DNA from: Heptranchias perlo
Taxonomy: Eukaryota
Reading direction: 5' to 3'
Assembly (NCBI RefSeq): GCF_035084215.1
Contig: NC_090328.1
Location: 6,014,001-6,078,000 of the forward strand
Length of the DNA: 64,000 bases
Numbering within the stretch: the first letter of the stretch is position 1; every line of letters begins with the position of its first letter. This document shows positions 38,224-51,566 of the stretch, one piece after another. The translations under genes were made by a program, and so were the position numbers. The notes below the pieces were generated by a model. The model saw only the letters and a list, made by a program, of their open reading frames with translations. It was not told the DNA's origin and did not search any database.

Positions 38224-40779
38224 CTGTAGCCTTGAAACAGGAGGGCTGACCAAAGCGCCCAGAGGAATCTCAGAGCAGCACCTGGCCACTCCTTCAAAAG
38301 GTGAGGCTTGGACCAAGGATTTGTTGAAGTGACCGTTTGATCCCAGGATGCTAAGACTCCAAATCAAACGGTGACTGATCCCTCCACAGTGTTGGTGGAT
38401 CTTATAGCAGAGCGACTGTGCTTTTTCGTACAGAATGAGGTGTGAGCAGGAAGTCCTTGGCCTGGATATTGGATGGGGCCCGAATCGGGTCGCGATCCCG
38501 GTGCTGTCTGGGGACAGGAACGTGGAAAATTGGTCCGCTGGTCTCATTTGCTTATTACCAGCGAGCTGCGGGCCTCAGAGCCAGCACATTGGTCCCTGGG
38601 GAGAGGGAGGGCAGGAAGATCAAGGGGGGGGGGGGAGGGCGGCGGGGGCAAGCTGTGGCCGGCAGCGGCCCGTGGATTTAAAGTAGACCTGGGAGGAGCA
38701 CTCCTGCTCCCTCTGGCTCCACAATAAGGGAAGTAAAACAGTCCAAACTTACCTTTCCGTTAGCACCTTTCAGGACCCTTGGTGTGGCTACCTAGCGCCT
38801 GAGAATACTGACTGCATGGCGTGTGCTGCGGTCAGTCGCAAACTAATTTTACATATGCAAAGGACCCAATGCCTGTTTCAGGCACGTGCTCTGGACGCCT
38901 ACGGAGGAGTTTTTACCAATATGGCGGACAGCGCACCTCCAGTGTGGAATGAGCACGTGCACACTGCCCGCCATATTGGGCCCAGACGCACCAGTTTTAC
39001 GCCTGGAAAACAGGCACACCTCGATCCAATGTCTAGGTCCGTGCCTTTCTCTAGAGGATACTCAATAACTTCACCTGAAGCAGTGTGTGTTACAGGTGTG
39101 CAACTCGCATCAATCTGACAATCAGTCTGTACCCAGTGACACCCAGGGAGCTCGGTTAAGATGAAATCCCCCCCACCCCCGAAGCTTTTCTCTGGTGAAG
39201 AGAAATGACCTTTTTTTTGTTCATTTATGGGATGTGGGCATCGCTGGCAAGGCCAGCATTTATTGCCCATCCCTAATTGCCCTTGAGAAGGTGGTGGTGA
39301 GCCGCCTTCTTGAACCGCTGCAGTCCGTGTGGTGACGGTTCTCCCACAGTGCTGTTAGGAAGGGAGTTCCAGGATTTTGACCCAGTGACGATGAAGGACC
39401 GGCGATATATTTCCAAGTCGGGATGGTGTGTGACTTGGAGGGGAACGTGCAGGTGGTGTTGTTCCCATGTGCCTGCTGCTCTTGTCCTTCCAGGTGGTAG
39501 AGGTCGCGGGTTTGGGAGGTGCTGTCGAAGAAGCCTTGGCGAGTTGCTGCAGTGCATCCTGTGGATGGTACACACTGCAGCCACAGTGCGCCGGTGGTGA
39601 AGGGAGTGAATGTTTAGGGTGGTGGATGGGGGGCCAATCCATCCACCACCATGTGAAGGCCTTGCTGTATTAAAGCCCGATCATTCTAAAATGCTGAGCA
39701 CTGTCCTGAATCAACAATCGAGCAACATCAAACCAGAGTAGAAGTTAAATGACTCACTGTCCTCAGAGGCTCTGGTGCTGCAGTTTTCATACACTTGGGA
39801 ATGAGAGAAAGAGAGAGTTTTTACAATGTAGACAATTGAAAAAATAATCTTATTACAATTGGACCAACCATTAAGACACAACATAATTTAAATTACTATC
39901 CAAAATGTGCTGCTTTTGAATTTATATCTCATCCCCAGTTATACTGTACAATAGTGTCAGTGCTGGCTCGGTGGGCAGCACTCTTGCCTAACTGAGTCAG
40001 AAGGTCGTGGGTTCAAGTCCAACTCCAGAGACTTGAGCCCGTAATCCAGGCTGACAGTTCAGTGCAGTACCGAGGGAGTGCTGAACTGTCTGGATCCCAT
40101 GGCACTATTTCAAAGAAGAACAAGGGAGTTCTCCCCAGTGTCCTGGACAATATTTATCCCTCAACAGATTATCTGGCCATTTACCGCATTGCTGTTTGTG
40201 GGATCTTGCTGTGCATAAATTGGCTGCCGCGTTTCCTACATTACGACAGTGACTACACTTCAAAAAAATGAGCACTTCATTGGCTGTAAAGCATTTGGGA
40301 CGTTCTGAGATGGTGAAAGGTGAGGTAGAAATGCAAGTTCTTTCCTATAATTCAGCCAAATCGAGAAGTTCCCCCCCCCCACATTAGATCTAAGATATCC
40401 AATTAGATGGTCGGATTTCGAAATTATTAAATTTGAGCGTTTAAAAATATTTTAGCCTTCTATTTCACTCCACCCTTGGGTTGCTTTTTCCTTTTCTGCC
40501 TTACCTTTACTGGGAGGGATTGGGGGGTGCGGGTGTGGGTTGCTGTGTGTCAGGCCGCACAAAGAGTAAGGCAAAACCCTCAGGGTTTGGGGGGAGTCTA
40601 GCTCGGAGGGGGATTGAGGAAGAGAGAAGGGAGGAACAAGGCATCAGCTGGCTCAAAATTCAGTCACCAACAAACCAATATTTATTCCCGCCAAACTAGT
40701 AGTGAGAAACCAACTGGGTCTGTGTTGGGAAGCAAGCAGGATGATATGATGAAAAACAAAATGTCTGGATTAAAATAGG

Positions 40780-41815
40780 AACAACGGAATTGCTAGATGA
40801 AAAATGACCAAGGTTCATCCAGTTCGCCTTCTACCATCCTGGTAATCGCATGGTACAACAATAATGGAGTTGTTGACTAATCATAGCAATCAATCTCTAT
40901 CAATGGTAAAAAGTTAAAAACAGTGGATGTCCAAAGGGACTTAGGGGTTCAGGTACATAGATCATTGAAGTTTATAAGATGTTAAGGGGAACAGATAGGG
41001 TGGATAGAGAGAAACTATTTCCGCTGGTTGGGGATTTTAGGAGTAAGGGGCACAGACTAAAAATTAGAGCCAGACCTTTCAGGAGTGAGATTAGAAAAAA
41101 TTTTTACACACAAAGGGTGGTAGAAGTTTGGAACTCTCTTCCGCAAACGACAATTGATACTAGCTCAATTGCTAAATTTAAATCTGAGATAGATAGCTTT
41201 TTGGCAATCAAAGGTATTAAGGGATATGGGCCAAAGGCGGGTATATGGAGTTAGATCACAGATCAGCCATGATCTTATCAAATGGCGGAGCAGGCACGAG
41301 GGGCTGAATGGCCTACTCCTGTTCCTATGTTCCTATGTCTACAACAGACCCAGACATGAGGTGAGGAGAACCCCCAGTGGTGGAGAGTTTTGGGAAACAT
41401 AGATCCAAAGTCACCTGTTCCTCCTGAGCATGTTACACCCACCACACGTCATGTCTCAAATTACTCATATACTGTATCTCAGAATGTTATTTTTCTGAAT
41501 GAAATCTATCTAATTTGTGTTTGAATGAATCAGTACTGACGGTTTCCACCGTCTCCCGAGGGAGCCTGTTCCATAGATTGACCACTCGCTCACTGAAATA
41601 TTGTTTCCGCAGATTAGTTGTGAATTTACTCCCCTTCGAGTGCAGGCCGTGTCCTCTGGTTCTACTGATCTGGACAAGGTGAAACAGCTTGTTATGGTCT
41701 ACATTATCTAGAATGCTAAAAACTGCAATCATATCACCTCTCAACCATCTCCTTCCCGGTGAGAACATGCCCAATTTACATAATCGGTCCTCAAAATCCA
41801 ATCCCTCCAATTGAA
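40780..41815 (-). mobile_element. CR1 3' fragment (-) with a nested CR1 (+, about 40905-41337)
   Basis: ORF 41487-41840 is CR1-like; its 3' UTR matches 10290-10515 and is split by a family-B copy (ORF 40979-41254). Confidence 0.75.
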
Positions 41816-42441
41816 CAACACTGAGTGATGGCCGATGCATGATCTAATGACATCTGAGGGCAATTCTTGTTGTCCTACCTGTCTGTTGTGCCCGAGCTAG
41901 TTTGGGTGTGTTGACAGTACTATAGAGAGTACTTTCTGACTCCCGCACACCTATTAAGACACAATCGATTAGCTCCTTAGGTACGTCATAGAGAAAAGAA
42001 TTAGAAAACCAAATGTCCTGTGTTACTGACAATCTGTTCCTTTTGAGTTGATGATTGCACAACAGGCTAGATCACAGTTAAGATAATCACATTGTCTGAC
42101 CAACCCAAAGGCCATTTAACACTAGGGAACAAAACGTGCTTAGCAATTACATTTAAGACAAAGATTCTGGATTTTGCCATTTTAAAAAACCTCGGGAGGG
42201 GAGGGCAAAATTCCTCTGAGATGTGATTCCCAGCAATTTCACCAGGATCACTCCCGGCAGTGACCTCTGCCACTGACCCCACCGGAGTATGCAATGGTGT
42301 TTTACACGCATTACCACTAGGGTACTAAGGTACGCTATCATGTCAATTGTGGTTATGTGAAAGGTTTACTCTTCAATTCAAAGTAGGAATCATAGTTGGC
42401 TCTAGATTATTGCTGCTGGCTCTGTATTCTCCATTCCTTAC

Positions 42442-42479
42442 CTGTCTCCGTTTGGTGGAATCTCAGAACATGAACACTG
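42442..42479 (-). CDS. Gene B candidate 38-nt tail exon b (SVHVLRFHQTET), diverged paralogue
   Basis: ctcattctctacag| ... GAGACAG|gtaagg, 38 nt. Upstream intron flank (tcctgtggatct) is homologous to the a copies although the exon body has diverged. Confidence 0.45.
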
Positions 42480-44679
42480 CTGTAGAGAATGAGACTTTCA
42501 GACTCCTGTGGATCTGTAAAGGACACAGTCAGTTACTTCCTTCTTACATCCTCATCAGCAAAATAATAAATTCAACAACAACAACTTGCATTTATATAGC
42601 GCCTTTAACGTAGTAAAACGTCCCAAGGCCCTTCACAGGAGCAATTATCAGACAAAATGTGACACCGAGCCACATAAGGAGATATTAGGACAGGTGAGGT
42701 AGGTTTTAAGGAGCGTCTTAAAGGAGGAGAGAAAGGTAGAGAGGTGGAGAGGTTTAGGGAGGGAATTCCAGAGCTCAGGGCCCAGGCAGCTGAAGGCACG
42801 GCCGCCAATGGTGGAGCGATTAAAATCAGGTTTGCACAAGAGGCCAGAATTGGAGGAGCGCAGAGATCTGTATTGTTGGTAATGGATGTATTCTTTGCTG
42901 TTTCATCATTTAAAGCTAGTAGACGGGTACAAAAAGCAATCATATTAGCAAGTGGGTGGCCATCTGAAAGGATAGGAAGAGGCAGGCAGTGCAGAAATCG
43001 TCTGGGCGTGCGGCACTCTCAAACTGGTATTTAGCATTGAATACTGGTGAAGGTGACGACACCTCAAAGGAGTGCAGTCCTAAGCACTGCACCATGGGGC
43101 AAAGGACTGCACAGGGGGCCACAGTGAAGTGTAGAAATGCAGTAGTCATAGAGGATTCGTTAGTCGGGGGACAGACAGGCATTTCTGTGACCGCCGACGT
43201 GATGGTGTGTTGCCTCCTTGGTGACAGGGTAAAGGACATCAGGGAGAGGGTGCAGGACATTCTACGGGGGGGAGGGGAACGGCCAGAAGTCATGGTCCAC
43301 GTGGGTACCAACGAATTGGAAAGGAAAGGGTGGTGTTCCTGCGGTCAGAATTTCAGGAGCTAGGGAGGAAGTTGAAAAGCAGGTCTTCAAAGCTAGGAAT
43401 CTCTGGATTACTCCCAGTGCCACGCGCTAGTGAGATTAGGAATAGTTCGATAAGACAGGTTAATGCGTGGCTAGAGACATGGATCAAGAGGGAGGGCGTC
43501 AGATTCTTGGGGCATTGGGACCAGTTCTGGGGCAGGAGGGATCTGCTCAAGACGGACGGGTTGCACCTCAACAGAACCTGGCGGGGAGGTTCGCTCGCGC
43601 TGTGGGGGAGGGTGTAAACTAATTTGGCAGGGGGATGGGCACCAGGATGCAGCATTAGGAAGGAGAAACAAGGTGCACAAAGGATTGGGAGAGACAGATA
43701 GCACTGGAGTAAGGAATAATACAGTATTAGGTGGGATCAGACTAAGAGAGAGCACAAGAAGGTTGAAGATAGGTTTAGAGTGCATGTGTGTAAACACACG
43801 AAGCGTGGTAAACAAGGTCGGTGAGCTGCAGGCACAAATAGCCACATGGGAATACGATGTCATGGCGATAACGGAGACCTGGCTCAAAAAAGGGCAGGAT
43901 TGGGTACTAAATATTCCTGGATACAAGGTGTTCAGGAAAGAGAGGGAAGGGAAGAAAGGAGTGGGGGGTGGGGGGGGGCAGTATTGATTAAGGAGAATAT
44001 TGCAGTGCTGGAGAGAGAGGATGTCCTGGAGGGGTCAAGGACAGAATCTATTTGTTTAGAGTTAAGAAACAATAGAGGTGCCATTACACTATTGGGTGTA
44101 TTCTATAGACCACCAACTAGTGGGAAGGAGATAGAGGAGCAAATTTGCAGGGAAATTACAGAGAGGAGCATGAGCCATAGAGTAGTGATAACTGGGGACT
44201 TCAACTATCCTAATATAGACTGGGATAGTAATAGTGTAAAGGGGCAAAGAGGGGGAGGAATTTCTGAAGTGTGTTCAGGAGAACTTTCTTGATCAGTATG
44301 TTTCCAGCCCAATGAGGAAGGGGGCATTGCTGGATCTGGTTCTGGGGAATGAGGTGGGTCAAGTGGAGCAAATGTCAGTGGGGGAACATTTAGGGAACAG
44401 TGATAGGGAATAGTATCATAAGGTTTAGATCAGTTATGGAAAAGGACAAGGAGCAATCTAGAGTAAAAATACTTAATTGGAGGAGGGCCAATTTCAGTGG
44501 GTTGAGAACGGATCAGGTCCGGGTAAATTGGAATCAAAGATTGACAGGCAAAACTGTAATTGAACAATGGGCGGCCTTTAAAGAGGAGATGGGTCGGGGG
44601 TACAGTCCAGGTACATTCCCACGAGGGGGAAAGGTAGGGCAACTAAAGCCAGAGCTCCCTGGATGACCAAAGAGATATA

Positions 44680-45139
44680 GGGGGTTAAATTGGTTATTTG
44701 TCCTGCCTGAACATTCACCTAAACCAAGTGTTCCAAACCAGTGTTGACATGAGGAGTCAATAACATTCACACTTCCCACCAGCAGGGGGAGCCCGAATCT
44801 CTTGAAGGCAGGCTGTATCTCTGACAGGCAGCTTGCATCTCTTAAAGGTAGCCTGTACCTCTTACTTGCTAAAAATAAGGCACAGGTCTGCACAGAGTCT
44901 GAATGGAGATCAGACATCGCATACGTAAATGTCTATCACTTTAAATCAGCGTTGCACACTGATCGAACACATATTCTCCCTACTTTACACGATGCCGGCA
45001 TTCGTTATTTGCGCTTGTGCTAAACCCTTTACCAAGATGGCGTCTTGCGCAGCGTGCGTGCGTATCCAAAGCGTCATCTTGGATATCCGGGAGGCGGCGT
45101 AGCACCAAAAAATGCGCTACACGGCCCAATTTAGTGCCC
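44680..45139. mobile_element. PIF/Harbinger-type MITE inside CR1
   Basis: Ends GGGGGTTAAATTGG / CCAATTTAGTGCCC; 3-bp flanks ATA / TTA; the CR1 reading resumes on either side. Confidence 0.65.
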
Positions 45140-45755
45140 TTAGCGTAAGAGGAAGCAGAAAAAGATGACAGATATTAGATTGATAATACAAGTGAGAACC
45201 AGGCTGAATATAGAAAGTTCAGAGAAGTGAAAAAGGTAATAAGAGGGGCAAAGAGAGAGTATGAGAATAGACTGGCGGCCAACATAAAAGGGAATCCAAT
45301 GGTCTTCTATAGGCATATAAATAGTAAACGGGTAGTAAGAGGAGGGGTGGGGCCGATTAGGGACCATAAAGGAGATCTACGCATGGAGGCAGAGGGCATG
45401 GCCGAGGTACTAAATAAGTACTTTGCATCTGTCTTTACTAAGGAAAAAGATGCTGCCAAAGTCATAGTAAAAGAGGAGGTAGTTGTGATACTGGATGGGG
45501 TGAAAATTGATAAAGAGGAGGTACTAGAAAGGCTAGCTGTACTTAAAGTAGATAAGTCACCCAGTCCGGATGGGATGCATCCTAGATTGCTGAGGGAAGT
45601 AAGGGTGGAAATTACAGAGGTACTGGCCATAATCTTCCAAACATCCTTAGATACGGGGTAGTGCCAGAGGACTGGAGAATTGCAAATGTTACACCCTTCA
45701 GGTCCTAAATTTAGCCTGGCAACCCCTGTGGGCCCACTTCTGCATAATGTAAACT

Positions 45756-45899
45756 AGCAGTTTTATTTGAAAATCACAAGCTTTCGGAGGCTTTCTCCTT
45801 CGTCTGGTGACACTCACCTGACGAAGGAGAAAGCCTCCGAAAGCTTGTGATTTTCAAATAAAACTGTTGGACTATAACCTGGTGATGTAAGATTCCTTA
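45756..45899 (+). mobile_element. Palindromic Penelope-derived insertion
   Basis: 13-bp TSD CATAATGTAAACT (45743-45755 and 45900-45912); 53-bp inverted repeat 45758-45810 / 45814-45866 with one mismatch; same family as 10669-10814. Confidence 0.8.
45814..45850 (+). ncRNA. Minimal type I hammerhead ribozyme motif
   Basis: Stem I TCAC/GTGA, CTGACGA(+A), stem II GGAG/CTCC, GAAA-GC-TT. Confidence 0.65.
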
Positions 45900-47159
45900 C
45901 ATAATGTAAACTCATTCTACATAATGTTGAACAATTGCTGCAACACTTTCATGTACTGAGAATTTTTTGTGCTTTATATAAATATATTGTTTGCATGAAT
46001 CATTATTTTAAATTGATCTTCAGTGATGCTGTTCACCAACTAAATAAAAAAACGCATGGGTCTTCTTTTATCTTGTTTCTCCAATCCTTTCTGTTTCCCT
46101 CTGTCTTTCCATATGCTGAGTGTTATGTCTGCAAGGGTTTTCACTAAAGTGAGATTCAAGGGGGCACTATTACAAAAGAAGGATGCGTTTATCACTCTAA
46201 GAAGATGCTTCCTGTGGGTGGGTGTACTGTGTGCTCGTCTCAGTTATCGGTAAAGCTATACAACATCATTGGGTGCAAGAACATGTGATTGCTAGGTGGC
46301 TGTATTTCTGCAGCCTGTTAACATCCTGGGTAGGTAAATCCAACCAGATGGCAACAATCATTTTTTTTTTAGCAGACTGACGCAAGCCATTGTTCGAAGC
46401 ATTGTTGTTTCCAAAACAACCGGGGAAAATAGCACTGACATGATGCTGCAACACCAGCAATTTGGCTTAACTTCTAGCTGAGTGCAGAACAACCCACAAA
46501 GCACAAAATTAGACTTCAGCTACAACCAGTTGTAACAGTCAAGGAGTCACTTCATTAAACCTGTGGTAAACAGACAAATAGTCCTGCAACAATAATTACT
46601 TTTTCATAATTACTTCTCAGCTTGTTTAAAGACCTCTTATTTTTTTTCAGTGTGGTGACTATGCAGCATTCACACTTACAGATGGTGTTCTATCTCCTTC
46701 ACACTAGGCATGAAGTTCTGACACTGTGCGGCTTGCACTCATGTGCTGGATTGGATTTTCTTTGATCCAATCATACTTTGGAAACAAAAAAAAACAAAGT
46801 AATTACTGACAAATAACCTTAATAGTGCCTGCCTGACGCTTGCGTTCATGTAAAAATTATTGTCATAGAAATATAGCAACCAAATTATGCTGGCAAAATA
46901 TTCATAAAATTCAATGTTCAATGTGATTTCATATGTTTTTTTTTAAATGTCATACAGAATATCAGCTTTTGCTATATGAATGCTTTAATATCCCTAAAAT
47001 GTCACAATTGAATCAGTAGCTGGTCAGTACATTCTCTTTGGGAGCACTATTGGAATCCTTGGAATTTTTTATTCCATTATGCTATGGGGAGCAGAGATGC
47101 TGGGGATGTTCTATTTAATGTCCAGTTTACTGGAGATAAAAGATACAGATCAAAGACTA

Positions 47160-47700
47160 GTCGTGTTATTTCCTGTTATGTCGTGTTATGTCCCGTTATG
47201 TCCTGTTATGTCGTGTTATGTTGTGTTATGCCCTGTTATGTCGTGTTGTGCCCTGTTATGCCCTGCTACGTTCTGTTATGCCCTGTTAAGTCCTGTTATG
47301 CCCTGTTATGCCCTGGTACATTCTGTTATGCCCTGTTATGTCGTGTTATGCCCTGTTAAGTCCTGTTATGCCCTATTATGCCCTGCTACGCCCTGTTATG
47401 CCCTGCTACGCCCTGTTATGCCCTGGTACGTTCTGTTATGCCCTGTTATGTCGTGTTATGCCCTCTTAAGTCCTGTTATGCCCTGTTATGCCCTGCTACG
47501 TTCTGTTATGCCCTCTTAAGTCCTGTTATGCCCTGTTATGCCCTGCTACGTTCTGTTATGCCCTGTTAAGTCCTGTTATGCCCTGTTATGCCCTGCTACG
47601 TTCTGTTATGCCCTGTTATGCCCTGTTATGCCCTGTTATGTCCTGTTATGCCCTGTTATGCCCTATTATGTCATGTTATGCCCTGTTATGTCGTGTTGTC
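47160..47700. repeat. 10-bp tandem repeat (ccctgttatg)n
   Basis: Directly visible; source of the MPCYALLC pseudo-ORFs. Confidence 0.96.
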
Positions 47701-48510
47701 CTTGGGCAGTTGGAACACTTCAAATTTTCAGTGCAGTGCTATTTGCAACTAACGGTGAATATATAGTGACGTTGCCCTTTAATGACCTGGTGTAGATTTC
47801 AGTGGACTTACAATGGGAACGTCAGTTGTTAGTCATTGATTAACTTTCCTAAAATGGTGCCCACTCACCTATTTTCCAAACACTCGAATAATCACAATAA
47901 GAGTTTCAGCTGTTCAGCTCCACTCTTTGAAACTCCTTTCCTAAACCCTCCACCTTGTAACTTCATTTCCTGGCTTTAAAAGCCTCCTCAAAACCTGTCT
48001 CTTCAACCATCTCTCCTAACTCTTGTGCTCGTTTCTCCTTAGTGAATCATCTTGAGATCGTTACTATGTTAAAGGCAGTATTTAGGTGCAATTTGTTAGT
48101 TATTTAAGAATCCCTAGAAAGTAGCAATGGGCACACCTCTTTTAATGTTGTTCAAGTCTATTGGTCGAAAAAATGCTCTATTTGGCCTACTGCTTCTGGC
48201 ACCCTTGATCTGTTATCACTGATACTCTGCAGAATCCATTTCAGGTACAACTGTGATGAAAGCAGAATCATTCTGGATTCAGTTTCACTGTGAGGCCATA
48301 TAAACAAGGCATTACACTGTACTGATACTGGCATCACACTAATATGAATCACAGGCATGGTGAGTTTGCTTACTGGTATAGTCCTGGTATCAGGGGAAAG
48401 TAAGCAGAAATTGTACACTGTCAGGTTTCCCCAGGAAGGAAGGTATACAGTGGTGTTCCCCAGGGGTCGGTTCTAGGACCACTGTTATTTTTGATATATA
48501 TTAATGACTT

Positions 48511-49950
48511 GTTAAAACATTGAATAAAGGTTGTGCACTACTAAATCCCACATCCTCCAATCTGCATGCCAGACCTCACCAATCTGCCGATCTGAGTTTG
48601 TACCAGGCCTGCGAGAGTGCGTGCACCAAGGTTCTCTACTGATGCACTAGAGGCCTTGGTACAAGAGGTGGACAGAAGGAAAGGCATCCTATATCCACAG
48701 GATGGGGGCGGAGGGGGCAAGAGGCCCTCCAGACATATGCTCAAAAGGACGTGGGAGGCAGCAGGGGAGGAAGTCAATGCCAGGATCACCACAAACACGG
48801 ATGCAGTGCAGGAAAAAATTCAATGCTTTGACACGAGTGGTCAAGGTGAGTGAGGTCAACTGTCAAGTGGCGTCTCCTGTGGAAAACTATAAGCTTTGCC
48901 TTACTAAATTGACTTTCTAATAAACTTAAACCATAAAGCTGACCATATTAATGTAGAAATACAGAACCATAAAAGAAGCAAAGCATGATGGAATAAGTTG
49001 ACCATGTTAGCTGACCAGCTGAATACAATAGAACGCTTATGTTCGGTTCCCAGCAAAGACACACAGAAGAGCTATTGTCTGCTTATGAGATAACTGTCTG
49101 ACTAGCAGAAACGAATGACCATATAGCCTTGAGACTGAGTACAGAACTGATAATAAAGACACTTTCTTAGGGGAAAGCCACTTTCCCCTAGACATTGTCT
49201 TGTGATGTTGAACAGGCATGGGAACCAAAAGGGTGGGATCCCTAATTTTGATTGACGAACCACTTGAACCAATGAGAGTGTACATGTACGCCCATATTCT
49301 ATGATGGACAGACATTACTAATTGAACTGTATAAAAGTTAACCATTTCATCTGCTCAGCGAAGAGGTGGTTCCAACCATTGCTTGGACACAGCTTCCAAC
49401 TTGTACAAGAGTCATAGAGTTATACAGCATGGATAGAGGCCCTTCGGCCCATCGTGTCAAGTTTCTTAATAAATTCTTACTTGTCTGAATTAAGTGTTTG
49501 GAGTTAATGCATTGTGTATAATAGGTAATTAAGTTTTCGACAGTTTCTACCAACTGCACCACTAGCCGCATCCACAGCTCCACCCACTACACCCCCCCAT
49601 CACCTACACACCAATAAACTCTTTCCATCAGTACTCAACTCTTCCAATCAGATGCTTCCTCTCACCCGTACACATTATCACTGTTTCAAGCCGCCCACCC
49701 ACAACTCACAGGCCACACACACTGGCAGCTGTCCAACCATGACAGGCATATCACCCGGACACATGTCCCGCTTTCTTGCAGGAGACGGTGGCGCATATCA
49801 GGAGGCAGCAAGTGGCCGTGGCATTTAGCCATTCGAGCCTGTTCTGCCATTCATTGAGATTATGGTTGATCTGTAACCGAACTCCATATACCCGTCTTAG
49901 CCCCACATCCCTTAATAGCCTTGGTTCACAGATGGCCCAATTTAGCGCCC
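48511..49950 (+). mobile_element. Harbinger transposon remnant with a spliced, frameshifted Myb/SANT-like gene
   Basis: RAPRFSTDALEALVQEV..W..VNA..(frameshift)QCRKKFNALTRVVK|gtgagt at 48845; acceptor ctttcttgcag| at 49781 then ETVAHIRRQQ; ends with CCAATTTAGCGCCC, the same terminus as the 44680 MITE. Confidence 0.72.
48878..49542 (+). mobile_element. Solo LTR (665 bp) inside the Myb intron
   Basis: TG...CA ends with an 11-bp inverted repeat TGTGGAAAACT / AGTTTTCGACA; CCAAT 49269, TATAAAA 49330 and AATAAA 49468 in LTR order; TSD degenerate. Confidence 0.68.
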
Positions 49951-51566
49951 ACAGAGTACAATAGCAAGGAGGTTATGATGAACCTTTATAAAACACTGGT
50001 TTGGCCACAACTGGAGTATTGTGTCCAATTCTGGGCACCGCACTTTAAGAAGGATGTGAAGGCATTAGGCAGAAAAGATTTACTAGAATAGTTTCAGGAA
50101 TGAGGGACTTCAATTACGTGGATAGACTGGAGAAGCTGGGGTTGTTCTCCTTAGAGCAGAGAAGGTTGAGAGGAGATTTGATAGAAGTGTTCAAAATCAT
50201 GAACGGTTTAGATAAAGTAAATAAAGAGAAACTTTTCCCACTGGCGGAAGGGTCGAGATCCACAGGACACAGATTTAAGGTGATTGGCAAAAGAACCAAA
50301 GGCGACATGAGGGAAAACTTTTTTACACAGCAAGTAGTTATGATCTGGAATGCACAGCCTGAAAGGGCGGTGGAAGCAGATTCAATCATGGCTTTCAAAA
50401 AGGAATTGGATAAATACTTGAAGGGAAAAAATTTGCAGGGCTACGGGGGAAGTGTAAGGGAATAGGACTAACTGGGATTGCTCTTACAAAGAGATGGCCC
50501 GGGCTCGATGGGCCTAATGGCCTCCTTCTGGCCTGTAACCATTCTATGATTCTATGATTCTATGAAAAGGCTAATGGAATATTGGCCTTTTTCTCAAAGG
50601 GGCTGGATTACAAAGGGGAGGAAGTGATGCTTCAGTTGTACAGAGCCTTGGTCAGACCCCATCTGGAGATACTGCATTCAGTTCTGGGCACCGCACCTCA
50701 GGAAGGATATATTGGCCTTGGAGGGGGTGCAGTGCAGATTCACCAGAATGATACTGGGGCTTAGAAGGTTAAATTATGAGGACAAGTTGCATAAACTTGG
50801 CTTGTATTCCCGTGAGTTTAGGAGATTGATGGGCGATCTGATCGAGGTGTTTAAAATGATTCGATAGGGTAGAAAGAGAGAAACAATTTCCACTGATGGG
50901 GAATCAAGAACGAGAGGATGTAAACTTAAAATTAGAGCTAGGACATTTAGGATGGAAATCAGGAAGCACTTTTTCACTCTAAGGGGAGTGGAAATCGGGA
51001 ATTCTCTCCCCCAAAAGACTGTGGGTGCTGGGGGTCAATTGGAGTTTTAAAGACTGAGAGAGAGATTTTTATTGGGTAAGAGCATCAAGGGATAAAGAGC
51101 TAAGGGGGGTAAATGGAATTGAGGTGCAGATCAGCCATGATCTGATCGAATGGCAGAAGAAGCTCGAGGGGCTGAATGGCCTCCTCCTGTTCCTTTGAGG
51201 GGTTATTTCCATTTGCAGTGTTGTACAACAAATGCAGTGACACAGTCCGACTCCCCTCAGCTGTTTGAGGTGACTGCCCAACCTGTACCCATATCTCTTT
51301 CTCTGTCTCAATCCAGACTGACTGAATTCCCTCTGGAAAATTATTTCCCTCTGAGTGATCCCCTATAGTGTTATTACAGAGCTCAGGGAAGGACGGACAT
51401 TGGAAAGATCCATGTGCAAATCCCGAGGGATGGTGTGAATGTAGAAAACCAATTGTAATGATGCAGATGAGCGACACTGCAGGAGAGCAGTTTTTAAACA
51501 CTTGTTTGAAGCTTAGAGAATGTTCTCAATGCAAAGCAGGAGTTGTGAGTGATTTTGTCTCATTAC

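Larger units (their letters stand above)
42943..50564 (+). mobile_element. Long fragmented CR1 (ORF1 SGNH esterase, AP endonuclease, RT pieces, 3' tail) containing nested insertions
   Basis: ORF1 motifs VIEDSLV..HVGTNE..DGLHLN (about 43140-43575); endonuclease VNTRSVVNK..AITETWL; RT pieces at 45140-45697, 48430-48510 and 49951-50564. The host duplicon sequence breaks at 42942 and resumes at 50565. Confidence 0.75.

Noticed and set aside
40505-40542. Another 38-nt AG..GT segment on the minus strand (NPHPHPPIPPSK)
   Set aside because: No sequence similarity to the a/b exons and a weak acceptor; likely coincidence.
47079-47795. Cys-rich ORFs suggesting a metallothionein- or keratin-associated-like protein
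   Set aside because: They arise from the 10-bp ccctgttatg repeat in overlapping frames.
48617-48853. Host MSANTD/NAIF1-like gene
   Set aside because: Frameshifted, truncated after the start of exon 2 and bounded by a transposon terminus; a Harbinger remnant.
51100-51501. ORF shared by duplicon copies (..EGIQSVWIETEKEIW..)
   Set aside because: No recognisable domain, frameshifted in copy 3 and interrupted by CR1 in copy 1; the similarity reflects recent duplication.
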